Positions 11,941 through 24,139 of a stretch of 64,000 nt of DNA are shown here, piece after piece. The translations under genes and the position numbers were made by a program. The first letter of the stretch is position 1. The number at the start of each line of letters is the position of its first letter. The notes under the pieces were generated by a model that saw nothing but the letters and a program-made list of their open reading frames with translations, was not told the DNA's origin and did no database searches. This DNA is from Rhina ancylostomus (taxonomy: Eukaryota), in contig JARFYF010000064.1 in assembly GCA_030265395.1 (NCBI GenBank), positions 9,952,629 through 10,016,628 of the forward strand. The letters run 5' to 3'.

Positions 11941-14914
11941 TGTCTCGTTCTTAATCTTTTTTTCCCTCTCCCCATTCTTGGTTTGACTCCAATTTCTTTT
12001 TAGTTATTTCTCTGATTCTCCTTCAATCTCCTTGTTAAGGGAGCACACTATTGGTTCCATTGATCACTGAATCTGGGTTACACCTTCACCTACACCAAGC
12101 AGTCATCCACCTACGCTCCAAACAATTTACAGCACAGTTGGAGATCAGCAGAGGCACACAGAAGGCAGCAAAGTATTGGTCACCCAGCCCAATGAAGCTA
12201 ACATTTCCTCTTCTCAGTTTATGGAATGTCTGGTTTCAAATTCCAATGGAAATAAAAATTCCATTTACTTGATATGAGAGGGCAAGTTTCTTGGACTGAG
12301 AGCAAAATGAAGGAACAGATTGAAATGAAGGCACTTGAGGTTCAATAGATCCCCAAGACCTCTACAGGCAGTCACCCAATAGGAAGCCAAACAGTCAATT
12401 TTGTTTCCTTGTTCAGTGTTCTGTGCATCAGTATCCCTACTACATCAACACGCGAGGCCATAAGGAACAAATGGTGCTTGGCTTCTCACACCTGCTCAGC
12501 CATTCAATGCTCCTGGTTGATCCTTGATTTCGTGTCCATGTCCCCATCTTATTCCCATAACTTTTTATTTGTTTTGTGTCAAATGCCTATTGACTTCAGT
12601 ACTGCACCAGCTGAGCACACACAGCCCTCTGTTATAGAGAATTCCAAAGATTCTTTGTGGCATCTGTCATATTGGTTGGTGCCATGTTTAGAACTGCAGC
12701 AAATGACCAAGTGCTATCTGTATATTGCTTCAACATTTGAGTGTAGAAGCTAGCAGAGACTGTGTGCAGAAAAACCCAATGTAAATTCCTTAATAAACAA
12801 AATCCTGTTGTTTGAATCATCAAATATTCTTGTCATGGTTCTAAGTTCTGGCCCTCAATTTGGCTCCTTTAATGCCTTGTTGTCCAGCACATGGATTCCA
12901 TGCTGGNNNNNNNNNNNNNNNNNNNNNNNNNNNNNNNNNNNNNNNNNNNNNNNNNNNNNNNNNNNNNNNNNNNNNNNNNNNNNNNNNNNNNNNNNNNNNN
13001 NNNNNNTCTGAGGCAAGATTCCTTCCAGTTGCTGCCAGTGTTTGTCCTGAGGAAGTATCCTGACTCCAGTCTTGTATCGGTGTACTGTATTTGGGTTCTC
13101 TGTGAGCTTGCTCCTTGATCAACATTGTGACAATTCTCTGGTTTATAAGAGAGTATAGGAGGAGATAAAGGTACTGGGATAGATGTGTCCAAAGTGCTGG
13201 TTAGTGAAACAATCAACTCTGGATGCGGTACTTGAATTGGAATAACAAACACCAGGAATGACCACTCCAGATTGAGTAACATATGATTACCTGCTGATAG
13301 ACAGTGGTGCTCCCACGATGCAGGGTACTTCCTCACTGATCTCCAACTTGGTTTTCACTAAGAAAGCATCCTCGGTGACCTTCCTGAGATGGTGCCTCTT
13401 CCTTATTCACAACTTCCTATAAACTTCTCATTTCAATCCTACTTAGCTGGGCTCTGATCCCACGTTTGTGCTCTCTGGTTCTGTACTCTCCAACCAGAGG
13501 AAAGAGTTTCAAAGAAAGGATGGAAAGAGAGCAAGCATGCTAGTCCCTCAGAATAGGTTTTGAGTATAGGTTTTCATTCTTCAAAACCTGAGAACATTGA
13601 ACAACTGTACTTGGTGCCTCCAAGTCATAGAATCCTGCAAATTGGGAGAGCAGAAATGGAGCCAGGAAGAAGTTGTAAAGTAAAGTAGGAACTATTGGGA
13701 CTGGATACCACTTATTAACAAGAAGACTGAATCAATGGAGTGTTTAGAAATTTTTAAGAAGGACAGGTTGAGGAATTTGATCCTGAAATAAGAAAAGAAA
13801 ATGCTGGGCAGAAATCAGGGAAAGAAGCAAAATCAGAGAGCCATTTCGAACCAAGATTTTCAAAAGTGCAATTGGTGGCACAGTTTCACTGAGAAGCTCA
13901 TTCAGTTTGTTTAACTGTTTGAGAGTCACAAGAGTGACAGAGCTTTATCCCCTCTGAGACACAACACTCGGCCCATAAATCCTTCTCTCATCATGATGAA
14001 ACATTACCCTGGGGAAAATAGAGGGAAGGATGGAGGGAGCTGCATTTATACATTGTGAAAAATTGGGTTCAATGTTGTTTTAAGAATGAAGAAGCTCACC
14101 TTATGTAAAATAATCAATGAGTTTTGGGTGCTTCTGAAAAGTGATGGTGTTCTGTACCATCTGAACCCACCTCTCTTCCAAATTTGAAGTGTGTGCATGT
14201 CATAGTTCTCTTTAAATCCCTGCATTCATATTCAAACTACCCCTCATTAACTCCACAAGCAGCACAATTTGTACACTTTAAATATTAACCTGCTGAATGG
14301 AATTGCAATTGACTTTTAACACTGTAATTTCTATTGATGTCTTTGGGTGCAAGGAATCTCTTGGGTGCGAAGGAACATGGGTGATGCAGACAAATGAAGG
14401 GACTTGTAATGTTCTGCTAAGAAGTAAAAATCGACTGGTGTTCTTTTTAATCTCATTGTGAAAAGGGAGTAATGCTCAGAAATAATTAACTCTCCTTTGC
14501 CGAGCTAATTGCTTTGTTTCTGATCTGTAACGCAATTCCATAAAATGCTTTCCTCGGTGAAATGAGGTGGGACTGCGTAACGTCTAGACCCATTGCTCAG
14601 ATTATCGTATAATGCTGAGTTCAAGAAACATGTTGCACAGCCCATGAATATTAACTGTATACAGGCATATGGCCCAAGCTTCTCACATCACCTCTCCCCT
14701 TGCTGTTTGGAACCAGGAAGAAAAATATTTCCACTCACATCAACAGAGGGATCTTTGTGACATCACAATGTTTTTTAAACTGGTACACCATTAGTTTCAA
14801 GACACCACTTGTCCAGAGTTCATGGCTCAGTGGATAGCTCCCTTCTTCAATGAGTCAACAGATAATGAGTTCAAACTCCAATTCACAGTTTCTTGAATTA
14901 ACTTTTTTTGTGGA

Positions 14915-15720
14915 ATATCATGGGTGTTGCTAGTGAACGCTGCATTTGTTGCCCATCCTTAATTGCCCTTCAGATGGTGGTGGCGAGCTGCCATTTTGAA
15001 CCACTGCAGTTCTTCTAATTGAAGGTGTTGGGCAGGGAATTCCAAGATTTAGACCAGCGACAATGAAGCAATGATGACATGTTTCCAAGTCAGAATGACG
15101 TGCAGCTGGAGGGAAGCTGCAGATGATGGTGTTCCCAGGTGCCTACTGCTCATCCTCCTTGATGGGAGAAGTAGTAGGTTTGGGAGGTACTGTTGGAGTA
15201 GCCCAGGTACAATGCAATTTATAGAGGGGACTAACTACAGTCACTCTATGCCAGTGTGGAGGGAATGAATGCTTGTGCTGGTGGATGGGATACTAATCAA
15301 AGGAGCTGCTTTGTTCTGGGGTTTCCTGAGTGTTGTTGGAATTGCATATCATCACAGAAAAGTGGAGAGTGTTCCATCACAGTCCTGATTTGTGCCTTGT
15401 AAATGGTGGAAAGGCTTTGGAGAATCATGAGGCGAGCCACTCATTGCAAAATATCCAGCCTCCGAACGTTTTTGTTGCCACAAGATTTCTGCGCCTGCAC
15501 AGGTTAAGTTTACATTCCATGGTGACTGATAGTGGTGGACTTGGCCAAAACTAAATGGCTATTCTCCCTCTTGTCAGAGGTGCTTATTGGCTGGTATGTG
15601 TGCATGAATGTTGCTTGCCATTTACCAGCCAATAGTTCTGCTGCATGCACAAATGGGCTGTTTCATTGTCTAAGAAGCTGTGACTGGAAGTGAACCTGGT
15701 GCAATCACCAGCAAACGTAA
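14915..15720 (-). mobile_element. Old CR1/L2-group LINE fragment
   Basis: Same family motif as 8885-10020 (gcccatccttaattgcccttcagatggtggtggcgagctgcc). Confidence 0.65.
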
Positions 15721-15799
15721 ACAGAATCCCTGCCTGCCTTCTCAAGTGCTTGTAAAAAATCCCATGGCACTACTTTGAAGAATACTATAGAATAGAAAC

Positions 15800-16300
15800 T
15801 GGCTAATAGGCTAATAGAAACTGGATTTAATATCTTGAGGACTATTACATAATAAGGCTAAGCAAAACCCTGATTAGACCACACCTGGAACACCATAAAG
15901 GCAGCGCACCTTGGAAGTTATAGATTGGTCTTACAGTAGTAAATATTGGCCGGAATGATACCTAGACTCTGTTAAATTATGAGGAGGGATTATAGAAACA
16001 GGGGTTAATTTCCTTGGAATTTGCAAAAGAGGGGTGTGATTAAAGAGCCAGCCTTTCAGGAGCAGTTAGGAAACAGTCCTGTATGGAGAGTGTGGTAGGA
16101 ATTTGGAATTCTCTTCTGCAAATAGCAACTGATATTCATCCAATTTTTAATTTAAAATATGAGAAAGGCAAGTATTATTTTAATAAAAGGCATTAAGGAA
16201 CATAGGCAAAGGTGAGAGTATGGAGTAAAATCTGTTATTGAATAGGGACACAGGCTCAGGGGATGAATGTTCCATTCATATTCCTATATTTCTTTGTATA
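15800..16300 (+). mobile_element. Highly degenerate CR1 LINE 3' region
   Basis: aaaaccctgattagaccacacctggaacac (KTLIRPHLE motif) and a downstream CR1-like 3' segment. Confidence 0.5.
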
Positions 16301-16709
16301 GAGCCTTTTCTTTCCCTGCAGTGTCCCGTNNNNNNNNNNNNNNNNNNNNNNNNNNNNNNNNNNNNNNCCACTCACCATTTCTCAGAAGCTCTCTATCAAA
16401 CTTTGCCTGCGGGAAACTTCACTCACAATGACCAATTTCCTCCCAAACCAACCGTTCAGTAGTTCCAGATGTTCAACAATATATATATCCATAAAGAGTA
16501 GCCTGTTGTAGCAGCCTATTAATTCACTTCACTGAATACCAACCTTGATCATTAACATTCTCATCACTGTAGCTGAAGATGAGCTCCCATAAAGTCACTT
16601 CAAGAGTTTCCCCTTCCAATGTTCTTGACAGTTTCAAAACCGTGATTGACAGATATTTGAATTATAGGGGAGTCAAGTGGTAATAATACAGTGGGAAAGT
16701 GCTGGTTTC

Positions 16710-16975
16710 AGGGAACTTCTGGCCTATGATCATGTAAGATGGAGAAGAAGCATTAGGGATGATTTTGAGAACGTCCAGGCCATGTATCAGGAGCACAGGA
16801 AGACCTGTGCAGGCAGAGGAAGGAGCACACCTCACCTCAACTACCCTCTCACCCACCTCATCAGCCACCACCAACCCCATCTACGGAAGAGTGTACAGTT
16901 CTCACGTTGGCCTCATTAGCCGCAGTACAACAGTGGAAGCAAGTCATCCTCGATCCCAATGTCCCATAGCCTACA
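16710..16975 (+). mobile_element. RTE-clade LINE 3' end
   Basis: Translates ELLAYDHVRWRRSIRDDFEN and PIYGRVYSSHVGLISR (decayed terminal zinc knuckle), followed by gtggaagcaagtcatcctcgatccc. Confidence 0.7.
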
Positions 16976-17989
16976 ATGTTGAGGCTATGATTGGATCAAC
17001 CATGGTCATTTTGAATTGACCTGCTCCTCCTCCTGTTTCTTCTGTTCTTATGTAATCAATCATCAGAAAGACAGGAAATAGCCAGGGATAGATTTAGACC
17101 CTGAATAGATAACTTTAAACTGTAGTGCAGGATGGAGGAGGAATTCAAACTATCAAAAGGCAGATTTTTATATCAGGAAATCCTTGCCACAATGAGTGCT
17201 TGACACAAGGATGGACTCAGGATTGGTTAACTTAGATATGTGTATGGATCAGTCAGATGCTGAGATGGTGGTTGGGGTGTGGAGCTGAGGGGGACTCTAT
17301 ATTTAGCAAACTAGTGTGGGCTGAAAAGTGTTTGTCCTCCAGGTGTGTTTTCTGAGCTTCTGATCAAGAACCAGTGAAGATCATTCGGAGGACTCTCGCA
17401 CCAATCTCCTGACTTCACTGCATCAAAAATCTGAACTTGTTTTCGGAGCATCCAAAAGCAAGCAAACAGCCTTTGAGCCTCCAGTCATTTCTGAAAGAAG
17501 CAACATCCTTTTCCCTTAGCTCACGTCCATCTGAGGCCCTGGATATTGATGTCCACTCTTTCCTCAGTGAGAAGTTGTGTTTAGAATTGTGCTTAAAACC
17601 TGCTTCTTCAATGCATCACTTAAGAAAATCTTTATTTTCCCAGTTAGTGAAGGTACTTTTAGTAAAGGGAATTAATGGGCAAATTAATGGACTGCCTGGG
17701 AAATCTGCACTGATTTTTCCACCTCACATTGTCTTTGTTGCCTGTAGGGGCACTGAGTGAAATGAGTTCTGATTGACAATACTTCGGGTTCCACTTGGCA
17801 AAATGGTGCTTCATATTGGAGATGTCCCAGTGTGTGAGAGCCCATGACAGTGCACTGGGACAGCTTGTCATACTCAGTCACAGTCTGAGTTGGAGAGCTA
17901 TGATTGCGGTAATAAAGCATAAGGTGAGGGTATTAGTGGTGGATTGATGTTTCATGTCAGAAAGATAATGCCAACTGAACTTGGCTCAA

Positions 17990-18290
17990 GGAGCAGCGCA
18001 GTGGCACCTCACAGTCCCAAGGACCCAGGTTTGATCCTGACTTCAGGTGCTCTCTGTGTGGGGTTTGCATAGTTTGTTTGTGACCACATAAGTTTCACCC
18101 AGGTGCTCCAGTTTCCTCCCACATCCCAAAGGTGTGCTGGTAGGTTAATTAATACCACAAATTGCTCCTCAATGTAGGTTAATGGCAAAAAGAATAACAA
18201 ACAGTTGATGGATGAAATATTAATTCTGTTTTTCTTCTCATAGATGCAGCCTGACCTGCTGAATATTTCCAGCATTTTCTGTTTTTATTT
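17990..18290 (+). mobile_element. HE1-type SINE 5' half followed by a Penelope pLTR fragment
   Basis: cctcacagtcccaaggacccaggtttgatcctgac (B-box-like), ctcccacatcccaaagg, then agatgcagcctgacctgctgaatatttccagcattttctg. Confidence 0.7.
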
Positions 18291-18458
18291 ATGTTACGAA
18301 CCAGCAACAAAAGAAACACACCGAGACATGTATAAGTGTTAAAATCTACTTNNNNNNNNNNNNNNNNNNNNNNNNNNNNNNNNNNNNNNNNNNNNNNNNN
18401 NNNNNNNNNNNNNNNNNNNNNNNNNNNNNNNNNNNNNNNNNNNNNNNNNNNCCTGCCG

Positions 18459-18470
18459 CCCCCCCCCCCC

Positions 18471-18507
<37 letters not shown>
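18459..18507. repeat. Poly-C run plus (CA)n microsatellite
   Basis: Directly visible. Confidence 0.95.
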
Positions 18508-18509
<2 letters not shown>

Positions 18510-18944
18510 TCTTAAAGGAACACTAATAGTCCTAGTCCATTATTTTATTGCTGTTTGAGCAGCTTTCCCTCATAAATGGGAGGGATTTGCAAATAATCTA
18601 CTGTGTGAAGGTTTTTGTAAAGTTTCTGTGCAATGCTATAGTTGCTTTTAGATATTTAGCTTAATTCATGATCAATAAATCCTCAATGTGTAACAACAGG
18701 CTACAACAGTTAACCTCTGTTTAATGGCTTTGGTTGAGAAATGGTGATCAGGGAAGGAGTTCCAAGGCAGCATCCAAGACATTCTGTTCAGATGTTGCCT
18801 GGGATTTATTGAATACCCTTCTGCTCATCTGTACAGGCATGGGCCTTGGTTATGTTTATCCTCTTAGCCACCTATTAAGCCTCCAACACTTATTAGAGCT
18901 GACCGTTAAGAAAAGTCGAACAGGCAAGTCATTACCCCAAACTC

Positions 18945-19105
18945 TTGACCATAACTCATTATCCAGAACGCACAAACCAGAATTCATGGATCAATAGTCG
19001 AATGCGCAATTCATTAACCAGAATTCATTAATCACAAGTCACTAACTAGAAGTCATGAACCAAAAGCTGGACAGACAACTCATGAACCAAAATAAATAAC
19101 CAGTG
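18945..19105. repeat. Degenerate ~14-bp tandem repeat (aaccagaattcatg/t)
   Basis: Recurrent aaccagaattcat, aactagaagtcatg and aactcatgaacc units. Confidence 0.6.
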
Positions 19106-19153
19106 GGTCTGTTACCATTGGGATTGGTTGAGCAGGGCACATTGGCAGGCTCA

Positions 19154-19372
19154 CAAACAATCTTCTGGATGAACTCAACAGGTCAAGCAGCATCTGTTGG
19201 GGGGAAGGAATTGTTGAAGTTTCAGGTTAAAACCCTGCACCAGACAGTCCTGATGCAGGATCTTGATCCAAAACATTGACAACTTCTTTCCCCTCACAGA
19301 TGCTGGCTGACCCACTGAGTTCCTCCAGCAGATTGTTTGTTGCTCCAGATTCCAGCACCTGCAGTCTCTTCC
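19154..19372. mobile_element. Back-to-back inverted Penelope pLTR ends
   Basis: caaacaatcttctggatgaactca at the left end mirrors tgagttcctccagcagattgtttg at 19317-19339; the centre is near 19245. Confidence 0.8.
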
Positions 19373-19439
19373 ATCTCCATTAGCAGGCACACATTACACG
19401 TCAGCCTGGGAGGGAGACTTGAGCCAACAACCTCTGAAC

Positions 19440-19810
19440 CTTCCAGGACTCAGTGAGCAGCCACTTCCATCTCTAAACCAGGATTAAATCAAATTCCAGA
19501 GAGTTGAGCATTCCCCTGCAGTACAGAGTGAGCACTAATCTATTGAATGTGCTTTCATTTGGATGCAAGGGAAAACTGAGGCCTTTCTTGGTGTTGGGTG
19601 CTTATAAAAATGGTATTATTTTAAAGATAAACAAAATTATTTTCCAAATTACCTAGAGAGTATTTATTTCTCAACAAAGAGATGATCACATCCCTGTAGA
19701 TGGCAGCTTGCAGTGCTCAGTGCTCAATGTACTGAAACACTTGCTTAGTTGTGAGGCACTTTGGAAAGTTGAAGGCCTTGAAAGAGTTTATATCAATGTG
19801 ATTTCTTTCT
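19440..19810 (+). mobile_element. SacSINE1/Deu-type SINE (degenerate)
   Basis: tgcagtacagagtgagcact...ttggatgcaagg...gaggcactttggaaag...tatatcaatgtgatttctttct follows the same motif order as the other copies. Confidence 0.55.
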
Positions 19811-21279
19811 GTCACAGAGCAGTGACATTTAGAAATGATCAAGAGATTTACAGCTGCTTTTAGATAACTTGTGGGGCTAAGTAAACACTGAAGGAGCTGG
19901 CTGAGTAAGGTAGTTTAGAAAGATTAATGACAAGTTAGTTCACAGCCAAGACACTGAGTGTGGTCAGAAAGCCTGCTGCACCCTGCTGGCTGTTAATGAA
20001 ATCACAAGGTCTGTTCCAGACAGGAACTACTTTTGTGGAACAATTTTCATGCGACTCCAATTCATGTGTCGCAGAATCAGAGCAGGAGCAGGGATCGATC
20101 CAATTCCTGGAACCCTATTGCTGGTCTCTGGATCTCATATTTCTTGTTGTTGGCAGATCCTGTTCTTAACAACAGACTTTAGCTGTCAGGAGTGAATATT
20201 GCGTTGCCTAGGTTACTATCAGCTTCGGAATTTCATGTCTTCCGCACCTTAAAGAGGCCTTTAATTAATTTCTTATGAAGTATTAATGGTTCATGTGTAA
20301 AATATTAATAATTAAGTAATAACTAACACAGGAAGAAGTTGTGTTTACTGAGTGTTGAATATTAAGAACTGATTTGGTAAAACAGATGAGTAATTCTTCA
20401 GCTATAAATGTCAGGCTAATGTAGAATCAGAATAAAGGTAACCAAGTTAGGGTGATCTGACAATGTGTGAGGTCAGATTTGGATATCTGATTATAAAGTG
20501 GAATGCCAATGTGACCCCATTCAGACAGAGTAACCACTGAAAGAGCACGCTTGCATTTATTCAAAGAGGGAAATTATTCATCCATTTCTCTTTTAAAATT
20601 TATGGGTTCATTTTCCAGCACTGCACCAAGGCCTGAGTAAATGTCAAGGTCACAGGAATTGAAACTTGAGGAGATCCACCACAGCACGATGGACTGAATA
20701 ACTCTCCTGTGATGTAAGATTTGATGATTTTAAAGCTGTGGCTTTCATTGAAGGTGAACAGTAGTTAAAATATCGTACTCTGCAACATGGAGCTTAGGAA
20801 AACAGAGGGCTCTGGATAAGCCTAGTAAGTTCTAAGGTAGGGACTTGTTCGAAACAGCTTTGTGGGCTGAAGGCCCTGAATTGTGCTGTAGGTTTTCTAT
20901 GTTCTGTGTTCTATAGTGTCAGGATAAACCCTGAGCCAGATCAACTTTATTCAATGTTGTTCCTTGTTACTTTAATAANNNNNNNNNNNNNNNNNNNNNN
21001 NNNNNNNNNNNNNNNNNNNNNNNNNNNNNNNNNNNNNNNNNNNNNNNNNNNNNNNNNNNNNNNNNNNNNNNNNNNNNNNNNNNNNNNNNNNNNNNNNNNN
21101 NNNNNNNNNNNNNNNNNNNNNNNNNNNNNNNNNNNNNNNNNNNNNNNNNNNNNNNNNNNNNNNNNNNNNNNNNNNNNNNNNNNNNNNNNNNNNNNNNNNN
21201 NNNNNNNNNNNNNNNNNNNNNNNNNNNNNNNNNNNNNNNNNNNNNNNNNNNNNNNNNNNNNNNNNNNNNNNNNNNNNNC

Positions 21280-21537
21280 CCCCAGCCCCCCAGCCATATT
21301 CCCATCAACTCATCCCCACAGGTTCTACCACTCACCCACAAACTAGGAACTATGTACAGTGGCCAATTAACCTACCAATCCACATGTTGTTGGGTGGAAA
21401 CCAGAGCAGCCGGAGGAAACACACACAGTCACAGGGAGAATGTGCAAACTCTGCCTAGACAGCACTCGAGGTCAGGATTGAACCAGGTTTGCTGAAGCTG
21501 TGAGACAACTTCTCTACTAGCTGTACCACTGTGCCAT
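21280..21537 (-). mobile_element. HE1/V-SINE-type SINE
   Basis: ggccaattaacctaccaa...gtcacagggagaatgtgcaaactc...gaggtcaggattgaaccagg...actgtgcc. Confidence 0.8.
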
Positions 21538-21985
21538 CGTCTCGTCACTTGCCCTGTCTTCCCTCATCCCCAGTCTCCTCACACTCCTCTCTCTCCTCCC
21601 AGCTGCTGACTCATTCCTCCTGACTCTTTACATCCCCCTGTATGTCTATCTTCACCATCTCCCCAGTCTCTCATCCTCACCTTCCTCATCTCTCCTTTTC
21701 ACCAACCCTACCCTCTCCCCTCACCCTCCCCTGCCCTGCTGTCTCTTCCTATCACTGGCATCTTTCCTGGGGACCTGTGAGTGAAATTATTGGACACATT
21801 CTCAAAACTAAACCGCCCCAAGAAACAGCAGCCCATTTCAACTGATTGAACTGGGAATCTACAATCCAATCTACAAAACCTGCAATTCTAGTGAGTTTTT
21901 TTTAACCTTATCAAAACTCTGGCAGTTACAGGTTTTGAACCACTGTTCCCTTCTCTGTGGCTTCTTTGAGTGTAAGTATCCTTCT

Positions 21986-22170
21986 TGTAATGTTTGTTCT
22001 TCAACAAGAGACAAACTTCGCGTGGGTTTAACATCTAAACATTTTATTAATCAACACCAGACTGGTTTCCTTTCCCTCTCTTTTTACAGCCACTTCCTGT
22101 TCCCCCATGTGACCCCCTTGCATTGCCTACTGGGAACTGTAGTTCTTTATTATAACTACATAATAACGCA
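21986..22170 (-). mobile_element. Probable short solo LTR (Gypsy-like)
   Basis: 185 bp with TG...CA termini, flanked by cttct (21981-21985) and ctcct (22171-22175), a 5-bp TSD with one mismatch. Minus-strand AATAAA at 22043-22048. Confidence 0.5.
22124..22143 (-). promoter_or_regulatory. ZNF143/SBS-type motif ACTACAGTTCCCAGTAGGCA
   Basis: Matches the ACTACAnnTCCCA promoter motif. An ETS core (acttcct) lies at 22092-22098. Confidence 0.45.
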
Positions 22171-22329
22171 CTCCTGAAATTTACGTCCTCATATTTCTCC
22201 GAATGCAATTCATTCAAGGTCGCTACGTTCATTCTATTGGCTTGCCTTTGAGATCCTGAAGTCTTCCAGCAGCTGCTCATTATTTTAACCATGAAGCTGT
22301 CTCGATAAATTGGTGCTACCTGCAGTTAG

Positions 22330-22700
22330 CTATGGCTCAGTGGACAGCACTCACACGTCTAGGTCAGGTGCTTGTCAGTTCAAGCTCCAATACTGATTGT
22401 GAAATCTACGTCAGTTTAACACCCAGGGCATTCTACACGGATGGAGATGATGGTGAAACACTGACTGTCCTCACATTTGGATATTAAGTGTCCTGAAAAA
22501 GAGCCATGTACTGGGCCCAATCATTACCCTTCAATTAATACCACTAAAAATGATTATGTGGATATTGTCACATTTCTGTGCAAACAGATGCTGCTGCATT
22601 TCCTACATTTCAATACTGACACTACTTCACTGGCTGTAAAGCATTTTGGGATGTTCTGAGGCTGTGAAGAAGGATATATAAATGTAAATATTTTTCTTGA
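22330..22700 (+). mobile_element. SacSINE1/Deu-type SINE
   Basis: tggctcagtggacagcactc head and ctggctgtaaagcattttgggatgttctgagg...tatataaatg tail. Confidence 0.7.
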
Positions 22701-23496
22701 ATGGTAGCAGAGAAGATCACCAACAATGGATTAACTTATCGTCCACTTCATTGCTGATTCTGGGATCTGTTTAAAAAAAAACAAGTAATAACAGCAACAG
22801 TAACAGAGGGTCACCAAATCTCAAAGCCCCTGGGGAACTTATGAATACAACTCTATGCCTTTTAGCAGAACTTTTAACAGAACATCCCAACACAAACATT
22901 TCCCAGGTAACTTGATGCCGCAGCATCAAATGTGTAATTAATGAAACATGAATCTTCTAACTGGATAACAACTGGGAAAGTCGACAATATCAAAGTTAAA
23001 TTAGCACTTGATGAAACCAAGAGAGGTCGGCTATGGAAGAAAGCAACTTGAGCTAAGTGGCCTGGAGAACTAAAGGGAAATAGAAACCTTCAAAAAGTTA
23101 AAATCAAGTCTCTCAAGTGCATCAGTTTATTTCACTGAACTCTTCTGCTCAGACTATTTTTACATTCCTTGATATGTAAGTGAGAGTGAAATGCATCACA
23201 GGTGCTGCATGAAGGAACTCAACACTTCAGGTAATACAACAGAAAATAATCCCTTCAATTGAACCTGATGTAGATTATAATACTGAATCATATGAGATCA
23301 TATAACAAATGGGGATACAACAAGGTGTGCTGCCACAACAGTTGTAGGAATAATAGTGTGAGGATAAACAGTACACAGATATTACAGTGTGCTAAAATAA
23401 TAGCAATTAAAATATTGCACTGCCACAACATTTGAGGGAATATTACAGTGTGCTGATCAACAATGATGGGGGTATAACAATGTGCCAAAATTAGTT

Positions 23497-23727
23497 AATT
23501 GGTTTATTATTGTCACATGTACTGAGGTACAGTGAGAACCTTTGTTTTGCATGTCATCCATACAGGTCATTTCATTACAACAGTGCATTGAGGTAGTACA
23601 AGGGAAAAGCAATAACAGAGTGCAGTATATAGTGTTACAGTTACAGAGAGAGTGCAGTGCAGGCAGACAATAAGGTGCAAGGCCATAACGAGGTAGATTG
23701 TGAGGTCAAGAGTCCATCTTATCGTAC
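23497..23727 (-). mobile_element. LINE 3' end (Rex/Babar-like), relatively young copy
   Basis: ttggtttattattgtcacatgtac...gaggtcaagagtccatcttatcgtac, closely similar to 39237-39547. The clade assignment is from memory. Confidence 0.6.
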
Positions 23728-24139
23728 NNNNNNNNNNNNNNNNNNNNNNNNNNNNNNNNNNNNNNNNNNNNNNNNNNNNNNNNNNNNNNNNNNNNNNNNN
23801 NNNNNNNNNNNNNNNNNNNNNNNNNNNNNNNNNNNNNNNNNNNNNNNNNNNNNNNNNNNNNNNNNNNNNNNNNNNNNNNNNNNNNNNNNNNNNNNNNNNN
23901 NNNNNNNNNNNNNNNNNNNNNNNNNNNNNNNNNNNNNNNNNNNNNNNNNNNNNNNNNNNNNNNNNNNNNNNNNNNNNNNNNNNNNNNNNNNNNNNNNNNN
24001 NNNNNNNNNNNNNNNNNNNNNNNNNNNNNNNNNNNNNNNNNNNNNNNNNNNNNNNNNNNNNNNNNNNNNNNNNNNNNNNNNNNNNNNNNNNNNNNNNNNN
24101 NNNNNNNNNNNNNNNNNNNNNNNNNNNNNNNNNNNNNNN

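Noticed and set aside
14521-14540. Resemblance of tgatctgtaacgcaattcc to miR-219
   Set aside because: The seed region differs and there is no complementary hairpin arm nearby.
17437-17760. 107-aa ORF in unique sequence
   Set aside because: TTG start, no motif and no supporting splice structure; this length is expected by chance in 64 kb.
18610-18650. GGTTTTTGT RSS nonamer
   Set aside because: No CACTGTG heptamer at 12- or 23-bp spacing.
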